Source of the DNA: Bacillota bacterium
GTDB taxonomy: Bacteria > Bacillota > JAAYKD01
Direction of reading: 5' to 3'
Length of the DNA stretch: 64,000 nt
Assembly: GCA_963666425.2 (NCBI GenBank)
Contig: OY762825.2
Coordinates: 2,464,001 to 2,528,000, forward strand
Of this stretch, positions 9,547-19,243 are shown piece after piece. Position 1 is the stretch's first letter, and each line of letters begins with the position of its first letter. A program made the position numbers and the translations under genes. The notes beneath the pieces are model-generated. The model was given only the letters and a program-made list of their open reading frames with translations, was not told the origin of the DNA and searched no databases.

Positions 9547-10119
9547 TCAAGCAAGCGGCAACAAACTGTAGAGCAAACCGCCAATCACGCCTGCTCCCAG
9601 CATAATAAAGGTGGGGTTGATTTTTGTCTTACGCAAAAACAGCAGGCATAGAGCAATCAAGATAACCGACAGGAGATCGACGCTGCTCGGATCCAGCGAA
9701 GCCGCTTGCCCGTTCCAAATCGCCATAATGAGAATAGTGAGTCCCGCCGAAGCGATCATTCCAATCACAGCGGGGCGTAAACCACCGAGAACGCCTTGCA
9801 CCGTATCCAGATTCTTATATTTTTTGTAGAGGGCGGCGAACAGCAAGACGATCAGGCAGGAGGGCAGGATGCAGCCGAAGGTAGCTGCGATCGCTCCCCA
9901 GAAGCCTCCGATGCGCGTGCCGACGAAGGTGGCTGAGTTGATAGCAATCGGCCCGGGTGTCATCTGAGAAATCGTGATAATATCGGCAAACTCTTTCATT
10001 GTGAGCCAAGCATGCAGCCGGACAACCTGATTTTGAATCAGGGGCATGGCAGCGTAGCCGCCGCCGATGCTGAAGAGACCAATCTGAAAAAACGACCAAA
10101 ATAGTTTAAGGTAGATCAT
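9547..10119 (-). CDS. chrA: Short-chain chromate transporter (ChrA family) subunit
   Basis: 'GLFSIGGGY', 'SQMTPGPIAINSATFVG', 'LRPAVIG'. Confidence 0.9.
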   Translation of the reverse strand: MIYLKLFWSFFQIGLFSIGGGYAAMPLIQNQVVRLHAWLTMKEFADIITISQMTPGPIAINSATFVGTRIGGFWGAIAATFGCILPSCLIVLLFAALYKKYKNLDTVQGVLGGLRPAVIGMIASAGLTILIMAIWNGQAASLDPSSVDLLSVILIALCLLFLRKTKINPTFIMLGAGVIGGLLYSLLPLA

Positions 10120-10690
10120 GCTTGGTCTCCTTTGTTTTTCTTTGTGTTATTAAGGTTGAAATAAGACCCGCTGCCGCACAGACGAGAATGATATAGATCA
10201 CATTGACCTCAAAAAAGGCACCAGCGATGAAAGCAGCGATCATCAGAATGATCGGAACCAGTTTCTTGTTCTTGAAGATCGATCCGGCCATCCCGATTAC
10301 GACATCCAAGATCACTGCACTGACTGCTGCCTGCATGGCGCGCAGCACGTTTTTGACAATCGGATTCGCAACAAAGGCAGTGTAGAAGAGCGAGATCACT
10401 GATAACAGGATAAACGGCGGTAAAATCGTGCCAAAAATAGCAACTAAAGCGCCCTTCATGCCGGCGAGGTGGTATCCCAATAAAGTGGCTGCGTTGACTG
10501 CCATCGCACCGGGTGTGGATTGGGCAATGGCGACAAAATCGAGCATTTCTTTTTCATTGATCCAACCGAGCTGTTCGACAAATTGCTTTTTCATCAGCGG
10601 CACGATCACATAACCACCGCCGAAGGTAAAAGCACTCAGCTGAAAAGTATAGAGGAAAAGCAGAGTATAAAATTTCATATCGTGTTTCAA
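10106..10690 (-). CDS. chrA: Short-chain chromate transporter (ChrA family) subunit
   Basis: Likely TTG start at 10690 after GGAGG; 'AFTFGGGY', 'AQSTPGAMAVN'; overlaps its partner gene. Confidence 0.9.
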   Translation of the reverse strand: MKHDMKFYTLLFLYTFQLSAFTFGGGYVIVPLMKKQFVEQLGWINEKEMLDFVAIAQSTPGAMAVNAATLLGYHLAGMKGALVAIFGTILPPFILLSVISLFYTAFVANPIVKNVLRAMQAAVSAVILDVVIGMAGSIFKNKKLVPIILMIAAFIAGAFFEVNVIYIILVCAAAGLISTLITQRKTKETKHDLP

Positions 10691-10807
10691 GAGGATGCCT
10701 CCGGTATCTTTTACTTCTAATTTAGTATAAGGCTTGCCAATACTCAAGTAAAATAGTATAATAAGATAAATATCATAACAAATTTGTTGTGAAAGGAGAG
10801 GTTAGTC

Positions 10808-11719
10808 CTGACACTGCAGCATTTAAAAGTATTCGTCACAGTCTGTGAATGGAACAGCATTACCAAAGCGGCCGAGCAGCTCTACCTGGCTCAACCGGCA
10901 GTCAGCCGCACGATTAAGGAATTGGAAGCAGAATATGATCTTAAGCTGTTTGATCGAATTTCCCGACGCCTCTACCTGACCGAAGCCGGTAAGAATTTGC
11001 TCGATTATGCCAGACCGATACTCGATTTGCTGGAAGAGATGGAAACAAATCTGCGCAGCCAAGGTGTTGCCGGAAAACTGCGCATCGGTGCCAGTATTAC
11101 CATTGGCAGCTACTTTATGCCCGATTATGTGCGGCAATTCAACATAGGTTACCCGCAGACACCGATCTTTGTCACGATTGACAGCTCTGAGACGATTGAA
11201 AAAAAGATTGCAGCCAATGAACTGGATTTTGCCTTGATTGAAGGGGTTGCTCATCTGGACAGTATCGTTTCGGAAACTTATCTGGACGATGAATTGGTTG
11301 TGATTTGCGCTGCCGGGCATCAGTTCAGCAACGGAGAAGAGATTGCATTTGATCGTTTGCTCGCCGAACCCTTTCTCTTACGGGAAAAAGGCAGCGGTAC
11401 CAGGGAATTATTCGATCATATTCTGGCAGCCCGCAGCCTTTCCCTGCTGCCAATGTGGGAGAGTACCAGCACAACCGCGCTGATCAATGCAGTCAGTAAC
11501 GGACTCGGACTCTCCGTTTTACCATACCTTATGGTAAAGGAAAAGCTGCAGCAGCAGGAGATTGCGCTGGTTCGGGTGCAAGGTTTGCAATTGAAACGTA
11601 AGTTCAATATGATCCATCACAAGAACAAGATTCTTTCCGTTACGGCACGGGCTTTTCTCGCATTGTGCAGGCAGTCATCCGGAGAGGGAGGTACTTCTCT
11701 CCTTGACGATGGCTGCTAA
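10808..11719 (+). CDS. LysR-family transcriptional regulator (probable CTG start)
   Basis: Frame extends upstream of the listed ORF as (M)TLQHLKVFVTVCEWNSITKAAEQLYLAQPAVSRTIKELE, a full LysR HTH; 'LREKGSGTR' in the substrate domain. Confidence 0.9.
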   Translation: MTLQHLKVFVTVCEWNSITKAAEQLYLAQPAVSRTIKELEAEYDLKLFDRISRRLYLTEAGKNLLDYARPILDLLEEMETNLRSQGVAGKLRIGASITIGSYFMPDYVRQFNIGYPQTPIFVTIDSSETIEKKIAANELDFALIEGVAHLDSIVSETYLDDELVVICAAGHQFSNGEEIAFDRLLAEPFLLREKGSGTRELFDHILAARSLSLLPMWESTSTTALINAVSNGLGLSVLPYLMVKEKLQQQEIALVRVQGLQLKRKFNMIHHKNKILSVTARAFLALCRQSSGEGGTSLLDDGC

Positions 11720-11851
11720 AGTGCTGTTGATTGGGGAAGCCAAAGACGAATCAAAGATTTAGTGCACAGAGAAGGAATTTCAGTCCGATTCACGGAAATA
11801 AAACGAAGCGAAGTCATTCGCAGTATAACAAATCAGAAAGAAGGTTTGAAA

Positions 11852-12256
11852 ATGATTTCGGAGTTTAAAAAATTCATCATGCGGGGCAATGTTGTTGACT
11901 TGGCAGTTGGCGTGATTATCGGCGGCGCCTTTGGGAAAATCGTCACATCGCTGGTCAATGATATGGTGATGCCGCTGCTCAGTGTGATTTTAGGCAGAAT
12001 TAATCTGGCCGGCTTAAAGGTCATCATCACTCCAGCTATCGGGACTGCCAATGAGGTCGCTTTGAAATACGGTGCTTTTTTGCAAGCCGTCATCGATTTT
12101 GTGATTGTCGCCTTGGCAATTTTTTTGATGATCAAACTGCTTTCAGCTTTTAAGAAAAAAGAAAAAGAATCACCGACGATTCCGCCAACGCCTTCCAAAG
12201 AAGAAGTGCTGCTGACTGAAATCAGAGATCTGTTGAAAGAAAAAAGTTCAGTATAG
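11852..12256 (+). CDS. mscL: Large-conductance mechanosensitive channel
   Basis: 'EFKKFIMRGNVVDLAVGVIIGGAFGKIVTSLV', 'LLTEIRDLL'. Confidence 0.97.
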   Translation: MISEFKKFIMRGNVVDLAVGVIIGGAFGKIVTSLVNDMVMPLLSVILGRINLAGLKVIITPAIGTANEVALKYGAFLQAVIDFVIVALAIFLMIKLLSAFKKKEKESPTIPPTPSKEEVLLTEIRDLLKEKSSV

Positions 12257-12290
12257 GATCGTCAAACCGATTCGTTAAAAAGAAAAATGG

Positions 12291-12335
12291 AAGACCAGAA
12301 ACGCTTGAAAAAAAGGCGGTTCTGGTCTTTTTTTT
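12291..12335 (+). terminator. Intrinsic terminator
   Basis: aagaccagaa...ttctggtctt stem plus T tract. Confidence 0.75.
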
Positions 12336-12672
12336 ACGGGCATGCGTTGGTTCAGCGTCATTCGGCAATCCTGCTTTTGACACAAACAATGACAATAAAT
12401 CGACAAAAATGTAAAATTATTCCCTGTATCTGAGCCAAGACGAAAGGGTTTCTATAAGCGATATCGAATTGGTAAATCGAGTGATATTCAAGATGAAACA
12501 GAGTATATAAAAGATAAAATACTTAGGTAACTGATAAATTTTATGGTATCACGTCGTTATAAGGCAGAATAATGTCAAAGGAATCAACAGCCATACCATA
12601 GCGAAAAAAGACAGAAACAGCAAATAAGTTTGTTGACGAATACATGTTTCTTAAAAGCAGAAAGGAGCAATC

Positions 12673-13128
12673 ATGATGAAAAATGAGTTTTGCAGCCAAT
12701 GCGGGGCACCCTTGCAATCGATGGATCAATTCTGTTCTGTCTCCGGTAAACAAGTGGCAGGAATGAGGCAGCCGCAGCCAAATCAACAAACACGCGTACC
12801 GCCGCCGCCCATCCTTACAGCAAAAGAAACTATGCCAATCATGCCGGAAAAAAATCCGTATCGGGCACCTGAGCCAGCGGTTAAAACGAGCAGCGGTCCA
12901 GCGGCTGAGCAAGCAGAGAAATCAGCGGTTGAACCAACGTCTGAAGTGGCAGCCGGGTCAAAGACAAGCATTGCAGGCTCTGCCAAAGTAACCAACCGCG
13001 TAAAAATCAGTTCGACGGCTGGCAGTGCAAGACAAACCGCTGTAAGGTCTGCCAATCTTCCGCTGCGTTTGCTTGCTTTACTGATTGTTCTGGCCGCTAT
13101 TGTTTATCTTGTGTTTTTTATGAAATAG
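12673..13128 (+). CDS. Zinc-ribbon protein with Pro/Ala-rich linker and C-terminal TM
   Basis: RBS AAGGAG; 'FCSQCG...FCSVSG' (fourth Cys replaced); C-terminal hydrophobic helix. Confidence 0.65.
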   Translation: MMKNEFCSQCGAPLQSMDQFCSVSGKQVAGMRQPQPNQQTRVPPPPILTAKETMPIMPEKNPYRAPEPAVKTSSGPAAEQAEKSAVEPTSEVAAGSKTSIAGSAKVTNRVKISSTAGSARQTAVRSANLPLRLLALLIVLAAIVYLVFFMK

Positions 13129-13147
13129 AGAGCGAGGTGTAGGCTCT

Positions 13148-14500
13148 ATGAAAAAACCGTTGCGCTATCTTGTGCTTTTTATCAGTTTTCTCCTGATTTT
13201 ATATGGCTTGGCCCACCTTGGTTTGTATTTCTTTGGCACAGAAACCACAGCAAAAATCACTTCTGTATTGCCGGGACCGTATACCAGAACGAGCGCGCAT
13301 GACTTTTCAATCACCTATCAGTTCTCCCTGCCGGATCATTCGGTGCGGCGTGGTTTTGGGCTTGCGGTCTCGAGCAAGCAACCAACCGGTTCGCTAGCAA
13401 TCGTCTATTTTGCTGCTTATCCGGCGTTCAATTCACCCTATGGCAGCGGTTTGTTTTTCTTTTTCCTGCTCTGGTCTGGTTTAGGCAGTGCTCTGCTGGT
13501 TTTTCAAGGGAGAAAATTGAGGGAGAAGCAAATCGAGCAGGAATCCAAATTACCCAGATCCTTCTACCGCAATTTGATTCTTCTGGCGGCGATCGGGTTG
13601 CTGCTGATCGCTGCTTACGCTATTTATGAGCAAAGAGCGCATCAGTCAACCGATTCGGCAGACATCGGTAATACGGTTGGCAATATTGCCAACGGCGGTT
13701 TTGTACTGCAAATGAATGATAAGATTTTTTATTTGAACTGGCAGGACGAGAACCGCTTATATTCGATGAACCTGGACGGCAGCGAGAGAAAGCAGCTGAC
13801 TAAAGAATCGGTCGATACCATGAATGGTCTGGACGGATGGATCTATTACACAAATTTCAGCGATCAAAGTAAGTTATATAAAATCCGCGCGGACGGAGCA
13901 AAACGTTCCTGCATCTATCCCTGGCAAGTGGATGCACTGAATATTTGTGGCGAGTGGCTCTATTTTACCAACCTCAGTGATCTGCGGCAAATCTACAAAC
14001 TGAAAACCGATGGCAGTCACGAAACACAGCTGAATCAGGATGAAAGCCGCAACGTGTTGGTTGCGGCTGGTTGGATTTATTATAATAACAGTACGGATGC
14101 GGATTGCCTCTACCGCATCCGATTGGACGGCAAGGAAAGAACCAAGCTGACAGACTTTAACCCCGGCATTTTTTGGCTGGAAGGAAATCAGGTTTATTTT
14201 TGTAACGCAGCAGACGATGGGAAATTATATACGATGTCGGTCGAAGGCAAGGAAATCCGTCTCTTCTCTGCCGAGCAGGCGGGTTATTTGAATTTTGATC
14301 AGGAATACTTTTATTATACCAATCTGAAAACAGGCGGACAGCTCTATCGGATGGGCAAAGAGGGAGGTAATCCTGAAAAACTCTCTGATCTTCTGCCTTT
14401 TACGATCAGCCTGACGCAGGATTATCTGGTGATCGTTGATTTCTGGGACAGCGACCAGTTGATTTTTCTGCGAAAAAACGGTTCGGTATTGGTTGAATAA
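13148..14500 (+). CDS. Membrane protein with DUF5050-like beta-propeller domain
   Basis: Three TM segments, then 'GNTVGNIANGG' and repeated 'GWIYY.N..D...LY.I..DG' blades. Confidence 0.75.
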   Translation: MKKPLRYLVLFISFLLILYGLAHLGLYFFGTETTAKITSVLPGPYTRTSAHDFSITYQFSLPDHSVRRGFGLAVSSKQPTGSLAIVYFAAYPAFNSPYGSGLFFFFLLWSGLGSALLVFQGRKLREKQIEQESKLPRSFYRNLILLAAIGLLLIAAYAIYEQRAHQSTDSADIGNTVGNIANGGFVLQMNDKIFYLNWQDENRLYSMNLDGSERKQLTKESVDTMNGLDGWIYYTNFSDQSKLYKIRADGAKRSCIYPWQVDALNICGEWLYFTNLSDLRQIYKLKTDGSHETQLNQDESRNVLVAAGWIYYNNSTDADCLYRIRLDGKERTKLTDFNPGIFWLEGNQVYFCNAADDGKLYTMSVEGKEIRLFSAEQAGYLNFDQEYFYYTNLKTGGQLYRMGKEGGNPEKLSDLLPFTISLTQDYLVIVDFWDSDQLIFLRKNGSVLVE

Positions 14501-14523
14501 GCAAAAGAGGGGGGTGAAATTTC

Positions 14524-15354
14524 GTGAAGAAGGTGGGTGCCGTGCGCGGGAAGGTTAAATTTATCGTTGCGAGCCTGCTGATCCTTGCTCTTTCATTGAT
14601 TCTTTTCTTTTCGAGCTTTCAATTGAGCTGGCATTGGGAAAAATATGAAAGCTTATTCAGCCAAGGAGAAGGGCTGAGTTATCGCTCATTCGTCTTTGAA
14701 ACCATCTTGCCAACCAGCAATCCATATCCCTTACAGCTGAATAATTCGTTTGCTTATTGCCGCGGCACGTATGATGCCCATGCGGAGCAGTTGACGGCTG
14801 GGGTTTTTCAAGCCGCGAAAGCTTTCACCCAAGGGCTCGGCGCTGTGAAAATGGAGGGTAAATGGGGTTATATTCGCTTGCTGGAAAAGAACGACCCCGG
14901 TTTTGAATTGGCAATCCCCCTGATTTATGAAGCAGCGGAACCCTTTTCCGAGGACCTGGCTGCAGTGAAAAGCGAAGGCAAATACGGCTATATCGACCGG
15001 AACGGCAAAATCGTGATCCAACCCCAATTTGAAGAGGCGCATTACTTCAGTCAGGGTTTGGCCGCAGTCAAGGATGCAGAAGGCTGGTACTTTATCGATT
15101 CGTTGGGCAGCCGGGTCATTGCAGGTCCTTTTGAAGCGGCGGAATCTTTTTCCGCGACGGAGATCGACACAAAATCGGCATTGGCGCCGGTCAAATTGCA
15201 GGGTAAATGGGGCTATATCGATTTATCGGGCACAGTTGTGATCAAAGCGATTTATCAGGATGCCTGGGCTTTTGAACGCAGCGGCAAAGCTGCGGTGAAA
15301 ATCAACGACAAATGGCAGTTTATTGATGTGAACGGCAATCGATTATGGCTGTGA
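14524..15354 (+). CDS. WG-repeat protein with N-terminal membrane anchor/signal
   Basis: Repeats such as 'FSEDLAAVKSEGKYGYIDRNG', 'GKWGYIDLSG'. Confidence 0.85.
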   Translation: MKKVGAVRGKVKFIVASLLILALSLILFFSSFQLSWHWEKYESLFSQGEGLSYRSFVFETILPTSNPYPLQLNNSFAYCRGTYDAHAEQLTAGVFQAAKAFTQGLGAVKMEGKWGYIRLLEKNDPGFELAIPLIYEAAEPFSEDLAAVKSEGKYGYIDRNGKIVIQPQFEEAHYFSQGLAAVKDAEGWYFIDSLGSRVIAGPFEAAESFSATEIDTKSALAPVKLQGKWGYIDLSGTVVIKAIYQDAWAFERSGKAAVKINDKWQFIDVNGNRLWL

Positions 15355-15447
15355 AGATCAGAAAGCAGCAACCGCTCTGCACTTGGGCAGGAAGCCGCGG
15401 CGGAACAGTTGCCATTAAAAATTGCATGACATGGAGGAGGGAATTCC

Positions 15448-18372
15448 ATGCAAAAACTTCCTGGGAAAGCAATCTTGCTGAAAATAATGAGTATTCTTTG
15501 CCTTTTCCTGGCGCTGCAAGCTGTTTGGTATCATCCGCATCGCTTGAACCTTCTCAATGTTGTGATAGCGGCAAGCGAAGACGAAGCTAACAACTGGGAA
15601 GGTAAGCTGCCAAGCGAGCAGGAGATAGAAAAAGCAGCCATTCATTTTTTGGAAGTACATGACGGCGAAGAATTTGTCACCCCGGGTTTGGTTCTGCAAT
15701 CGATGGTGCGAGTCACAACCTACACCATCAACGATGCGGTCAAATGTCATAGCCGAGCGTTGGAAGCGGCAAGCCCGGAATTGGCGAATAATTTATTTCT
15801 GGCAGTGACTGCACACGCCACCACAACCCATACAGTCTATGATCTGCAAACCGGCACAGACCAAACAACCGTGACAAAAGAGAACGGCAACGGTTATGTC
15901 AAACTGTATTACATGGCGGATGGCAGTTTCTCCTTTACCTACAGCAATGAATTCGGTCAGGGCAATGATTTTGATGCAATCACCGAAGCGGAATTCGAGT
16001 CCGGTTACGACGACGGCTGGCTGGGCGAAGCAGGAGCGGATGAAATTCCCTTTGTGGTCGTAGCAGGCGGCGTGGCTGTAGTTGCCGCTGCTGCACTCGC
16101 TATTGCTGCCGGAGCGGCAGCCCGGCGGAAAAACAAACAGAAAAATCAAAATGACAGGGAGAGAGCAGCGGGTTATATCCTGCAATTGAGCAGTCCGATC
16201 ATTCAGGTTGGCCAAAACCAGCCGGGTAGTTTGCAAATAACTGCCTACCAGGTCAAAGAGAGCGGTGCATACAGCAAAGCCCCCGGTGTGAAGATTACAG
16301 TTGCTGCCGAGCTGGATTCTGTGCTGAGCATTTCTCCTCAAACGGGAAGCGGGCAAATCAATCTCAGCATTGCCATGAATGCGGCAAAAAAAACCCAGAG
16401 CGAAACCATAAACATCACAGGCATCTCTCCTAAGGGCACGATTACCGCTCAGGCGACGATTGAATTGACAGACGAAGCCTATGCCATTGAGATGGCTACC
16501 AACCCGGCAGAACGCACGCTGCTGACCGATGGCAAAGCCGAAATCTGGGTCTATGCAAGACCGATCGCCAACAGCAGCAGCCAGACAGACCGCGGTAAAC
16601 TGCAGCAGCTATTGCAGGAGCTTGCATTCAGCGCGGAAGAAAACGGCGCCGATTGGCTGGATGGCGGCGAAGCCGAATACTATCAGGATTGGAAATGTAT
16701 TCTGCTGAAAGCAGCCAATCCCAATCCGGGCGCTGTCGGCGGCCAAACACCGGATACCGCTGCGATTGTAGCCAGCCTGACCGTGGACGGCAAGAAAATC
16801 AGCGCGAAAGTGCTGATCGAGCTGATCGGCGAACCGGAACTGACCGTAAATCCGGCTTCCTATCAATTTTTGAGCGGATCCGGTGAAACCAAGGAATTTA
16901 CGCTTGCGATTGTGCATCCGACCATCACCGCTTGGCAGCTGGCCGCTCCGCAAGCTGACGGTATGGCGTCAAGAATAACAAAATGGAATGCTTTGCCAAA
17001 AGAACTGAACAGCAATCAAACGGCTGTCTTTCAGGTAACCGAGTGTGATCAGGTCCAAAATGATGACGGCACGAATTTTTCGGATCAAGGGAAATTTACT
17101 TTCCAAGCCAACAGCGCAGCTTACGAAGTCAGCAATTGCTGTCAAATCACCGTCTGCAGGGAAGGCTTATTCCGCACCGAAGATGTGATCGGCATCGATC
17201 GGGAAACAGGGGCGATTCAGCTGCCGGCGGATGATACGGCAGACGGCAGTATGCAGAAAGCGATCTTTGATCTGCGTTTCCTGCGCTGGAACGAGCAAGA
17301 GCGGAGATTACTCTGTGAAACAGAGTTGTTTACCAAGAAAAATCTTTTCAAATTCTCGGCACCTTGGGCGCACGATGAGGGAGCAGAAGCCATTCTGACC
17401 AACTTTAAGCCGATTTTCTCCTGGCGGCAAGTCAAGCCATCCAGCCTGCCTTCCGGAGAATTCAGCGTGGAAATGGATAAAATCATCCCGGGCAAACAAG
17501 GTCAGCGTTTTCGTTTTTCCGTAACAGCGGTAGCAAGCATTGAAGGCGGCAATCGCCATTTTGAATTGAACATTCCTTTTGATCTGATCCCGGCATGTTT
17601 AGCCGAAAATGACAATGACTGGCAAAAAGAATACGAATATTGTAAGAAGATCATCGAGAAATTTCTGCCAAGCGACGTGAGTATCCGGGCCATGACGGAT
17701 CTGGAGAATAGAAAATACAGCCTGGGGGTTGGTGATTTAAAACAGCTGCGCCAAGAAACTTGGGACGCAGCGCAGAAAATCATCCTGGTTCAGCGGGACA
17801 GCTATCTCAATGCGGCCGCCTGGTATGATTATTTCCTAATCGGCGCCCAATCGATTCAATGGCTGAATGACAGAGCCTTCAAGATAGTTGCCTCGCAGCT
17901 ATTGGGCCCGGTGGGAGCCATTGTTGCCAATCAGTCTAAAGAACTGATCCAGGATATCCTGGATCAATGCGTCAATGCAAAAGATTCGGACAGTTGGCTG
18001 ACGATTACTTGGAATCTGCTCTATAAACGCATGGCCGGCAGTCTGGGAGATTCCATTAACAGCGGATATTTCAGCAATCGGGAAGTCGGCATCGCCTGGG
18101 TTGTCAGTTTCTTTCTGTATCGATGGGTCTTTCATGTGGTTTTCGATTATAACGACAGCGGAACGAGCCGCAAGGGTTGGCTAGCAGGCTTATCCGCCGC
18201 CGCCAAAGACCTGACCGGTAAAGGATTTGAAGGCTGCTTCAAAGCCTATGTCGGTAAATGGGCAGAACAGGAAGGTTACCAAAAGAACGTTTGGTTTGAT
18301 CAGCAATACAAGAAACTGGCGGAGACGGTAGCGTCTTATCTGGTTGATCTGCAGATCAATATCACATTTTAA
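15448..18372 (+). CDS. Large hypothetical membrane protein (974 aa)
   Basis: RBS GGAGG; N-terminal hydrophobic segment, internal TM followed by RRKNKQK, beta-rich middle, helical C-terminus with hydrophobic stretches. Confidence 0.7.
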   Translation: MQKLPGKAILLKIMSILCLFLALQAVWYHPHRLNLLNVVIAASEDEANNWEGKLPSEQEIEKAAIHFLEVHDGEEFVTPGLVLQSMVRVTTYTINDAVKCHSRALEAASPELANNLFLAVTAHATTTHTVYDLQTGTDQTTVTKENGNGYVKLYYMADGSFSFTYSNEFGQGNDFDAITEAEFESGYDDGWLGEAGADEIPFVVVAGGVAVVAAAALAIAAGAAARRKNKQKNQNDRERAAGYILQLSSPIIQVGQNQPGSLQITAYQVKESGAYSKAPGVKITVAAELDSVLSISPQTGSGQINLSIAMNAAKKTQSETINITGISPKGTITAQATIELTDEAYAIEMATNPAERTLLTDGKAEIWVYARPIANSSSQTDRGKLQQLLQELAFSAEENGADWLDGGEAEYYQDWKCILLKAANPNPGAVGGQTPDTAAIVASLTVDGKKISAKVLIELIGEPELTVNPASYQFLSGSGETKEFTLAIVHPTITAWQLAAPQADGMASRITKWNALPKELNSNQTAVFQVTECDQVQNDDGTNFSDQGKFTFQANSAAYEVSNCCQITVCREGLFRTEDVIGIDRETGAIQLPADDTADGSMQKAIFDLRFLRWNEQERRLLCETELFTKKNLFKFSAPWAHDEGAEAILTNFKPIFSWRQVKPSSLPSGEFSVEMDKIIPGKQGQRFRFSVTAVASIEGGNRHFELNIPFDLIPACLAENDNDWQKEYEYCKKIIEKFLPSDVSIRAMTDLENRKYSLGVGDLKQLRQETWDAAQKIILVQRDSYLNAAAWYDYFLIGAQSIQWLNDRAFKIVASQLLGPVGAIVANQSKELIQDILDQCVNAKDSDSWLTITWNLLYKRMAGSLGDSINSGYFSNREVGIAWVVSFFLYRWVFHVVFDYNDSGTSRKGWLAGLSAAAKDLTGKGFEGCFKAYVGKWAEQEGYQKNVWFDQQYKKLAETVASYLVDLQINITF

Positions 18373-18446
18373 ATGAGCCGCTAGCCTGATCGTCAATTGA
18401 CCCGCAGTAAAAGAAAAATAATTTTTATAAAAATGAATTTAAGGTA

Positions 18447-18475
18447 TTGACAAGGAGCCTTTGATGTTATAAAAT
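18447..18475 (+). promoter_or_regulatory. Sigma-A promoter P1 upstream of first riboswitch
   Basis: TTGACA (18447-18452), 17 bp, TAAAAT (18470-18475). Confidence 0.7.
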
Positions 18476-18504
18476 GACAATAATAAATCTGAATGATCCA
18501 ATTG

Positions 18505-18592
18505 AATCAAACTTTAGGGCAAACTAATCGAAAGATTAGGACGCAAAGTCAGGAGTCTAAAGCATTACGATGTGATGACCGTCCGACCGCAA
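18505..18592 (+). ncRNA. c-di-GMP-I (GEMM-I) riboswitch, copy 1
   Basis: GGCAAAC-TAATC-GAAA-GATTA-GGACGCAAAG...GTCTAA...ATGAC: GNRA tetraloop, receptor and GGCAAA/GACGCAAAG hallmarks. Confidence 0.93.
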
Positions 18593-18617
18593 GCTTTATT
18601 TGCGGTCGGACTTTTTT
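18581..18617 (+). terminator. Riboswitch expression-platform terminator 1
   Basis: gtccgaccgcaa / ttgcggtcggac perfect 12-bp stem plus T6; 5' arm overlaps the aptamer 3' strand. Confidence 0.88.
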
Positions 18618-18655
18618 ATTGTTCTCCGGCTCAGAGGGAATTTTTAGAATTCAGG

Positions 18656-18684
18656 TTGACAATCCTTTTAATATGGTATATTAT
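18656..18684 (+). promoter_or_regulatory. Sigma-A promoter P2 upstream of second riboswitch
   Basis: TTGACA (18656-18661), 17 bp, TATTAT (18679-18684). Confidence 0.7.
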
Positions 18685-18719
18685 GTCATTGGAAAATTTA
18701 AACCATTTACAAACTGAAT

Positions 18720-18805
18720 AAGTGTTCTTAGGCAAACTAATCGAAAGATTAGGACGCAAAGTCAGGAGTCTAAAACATTACGATGTGATGACCGTCCGAC
18801 CGCAA
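18720..18805 (+). ncRNA. c-di-GMP-I (GEMM-I) riboswitch, copy 2
   Basis: Near-identical copy of the first aptamer, 213 bp downstream. Confidence 0.93.
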
Positions 18806-18831
18806 GCTTTGTTTGCGGCCGGACTTTTTTT
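18794..18831 (+). terminator. Riboswitch expression-platform terminator 2
   Basis: gtccgaccgcaa / ttgcggccggac stem (one A-C mismatch) plus T7. Confidence 0.85.
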
Positions 18832-19243
18832 ATCGGTCATCGCATTTGAATCAGGGAAGTTCTAACCACTGACCTCGAGGTTGGAGATTTGATCTCTTCT
18901 AGGGTGGCCAATCGGTTATTACTCATAGAATTCTTGAAATGACAGAAGAACAGGGAACGAAAATTCAGAACAAAGGGGGCTCAGATGAATGTGAGTCGGA
19001 CCCGGCGGCGCCCGAGTCAAGCGGAGAGATGCTCGTTTTTATTAATCCTTTCTAACCAGACGCTAAGATCCCATGCAAACCACAGAAAAACCTTAAAAAG
19101 CAAAAAATAGAACGTCAGACCGGTGCTAATCTGCCGGCAGCTGACAAAAAATCAAGAAAATGATGAGAATAGCCTAGAAAACGTGAATATAGCCGGCAAA
19201 ATGGCTGTAAATAAAATTCAAAATAATAAAAGGAGTGTAAGTA

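Noticed and set aside
18505-18805. 3',3'-cGAMP-sensing (GEMM-Ib) variant riboswitches
   Set aside because: The position equivalent to Vc2 G20 (immediately before GCAAA) is G in both copies, consistent with c-di-GMP specificity
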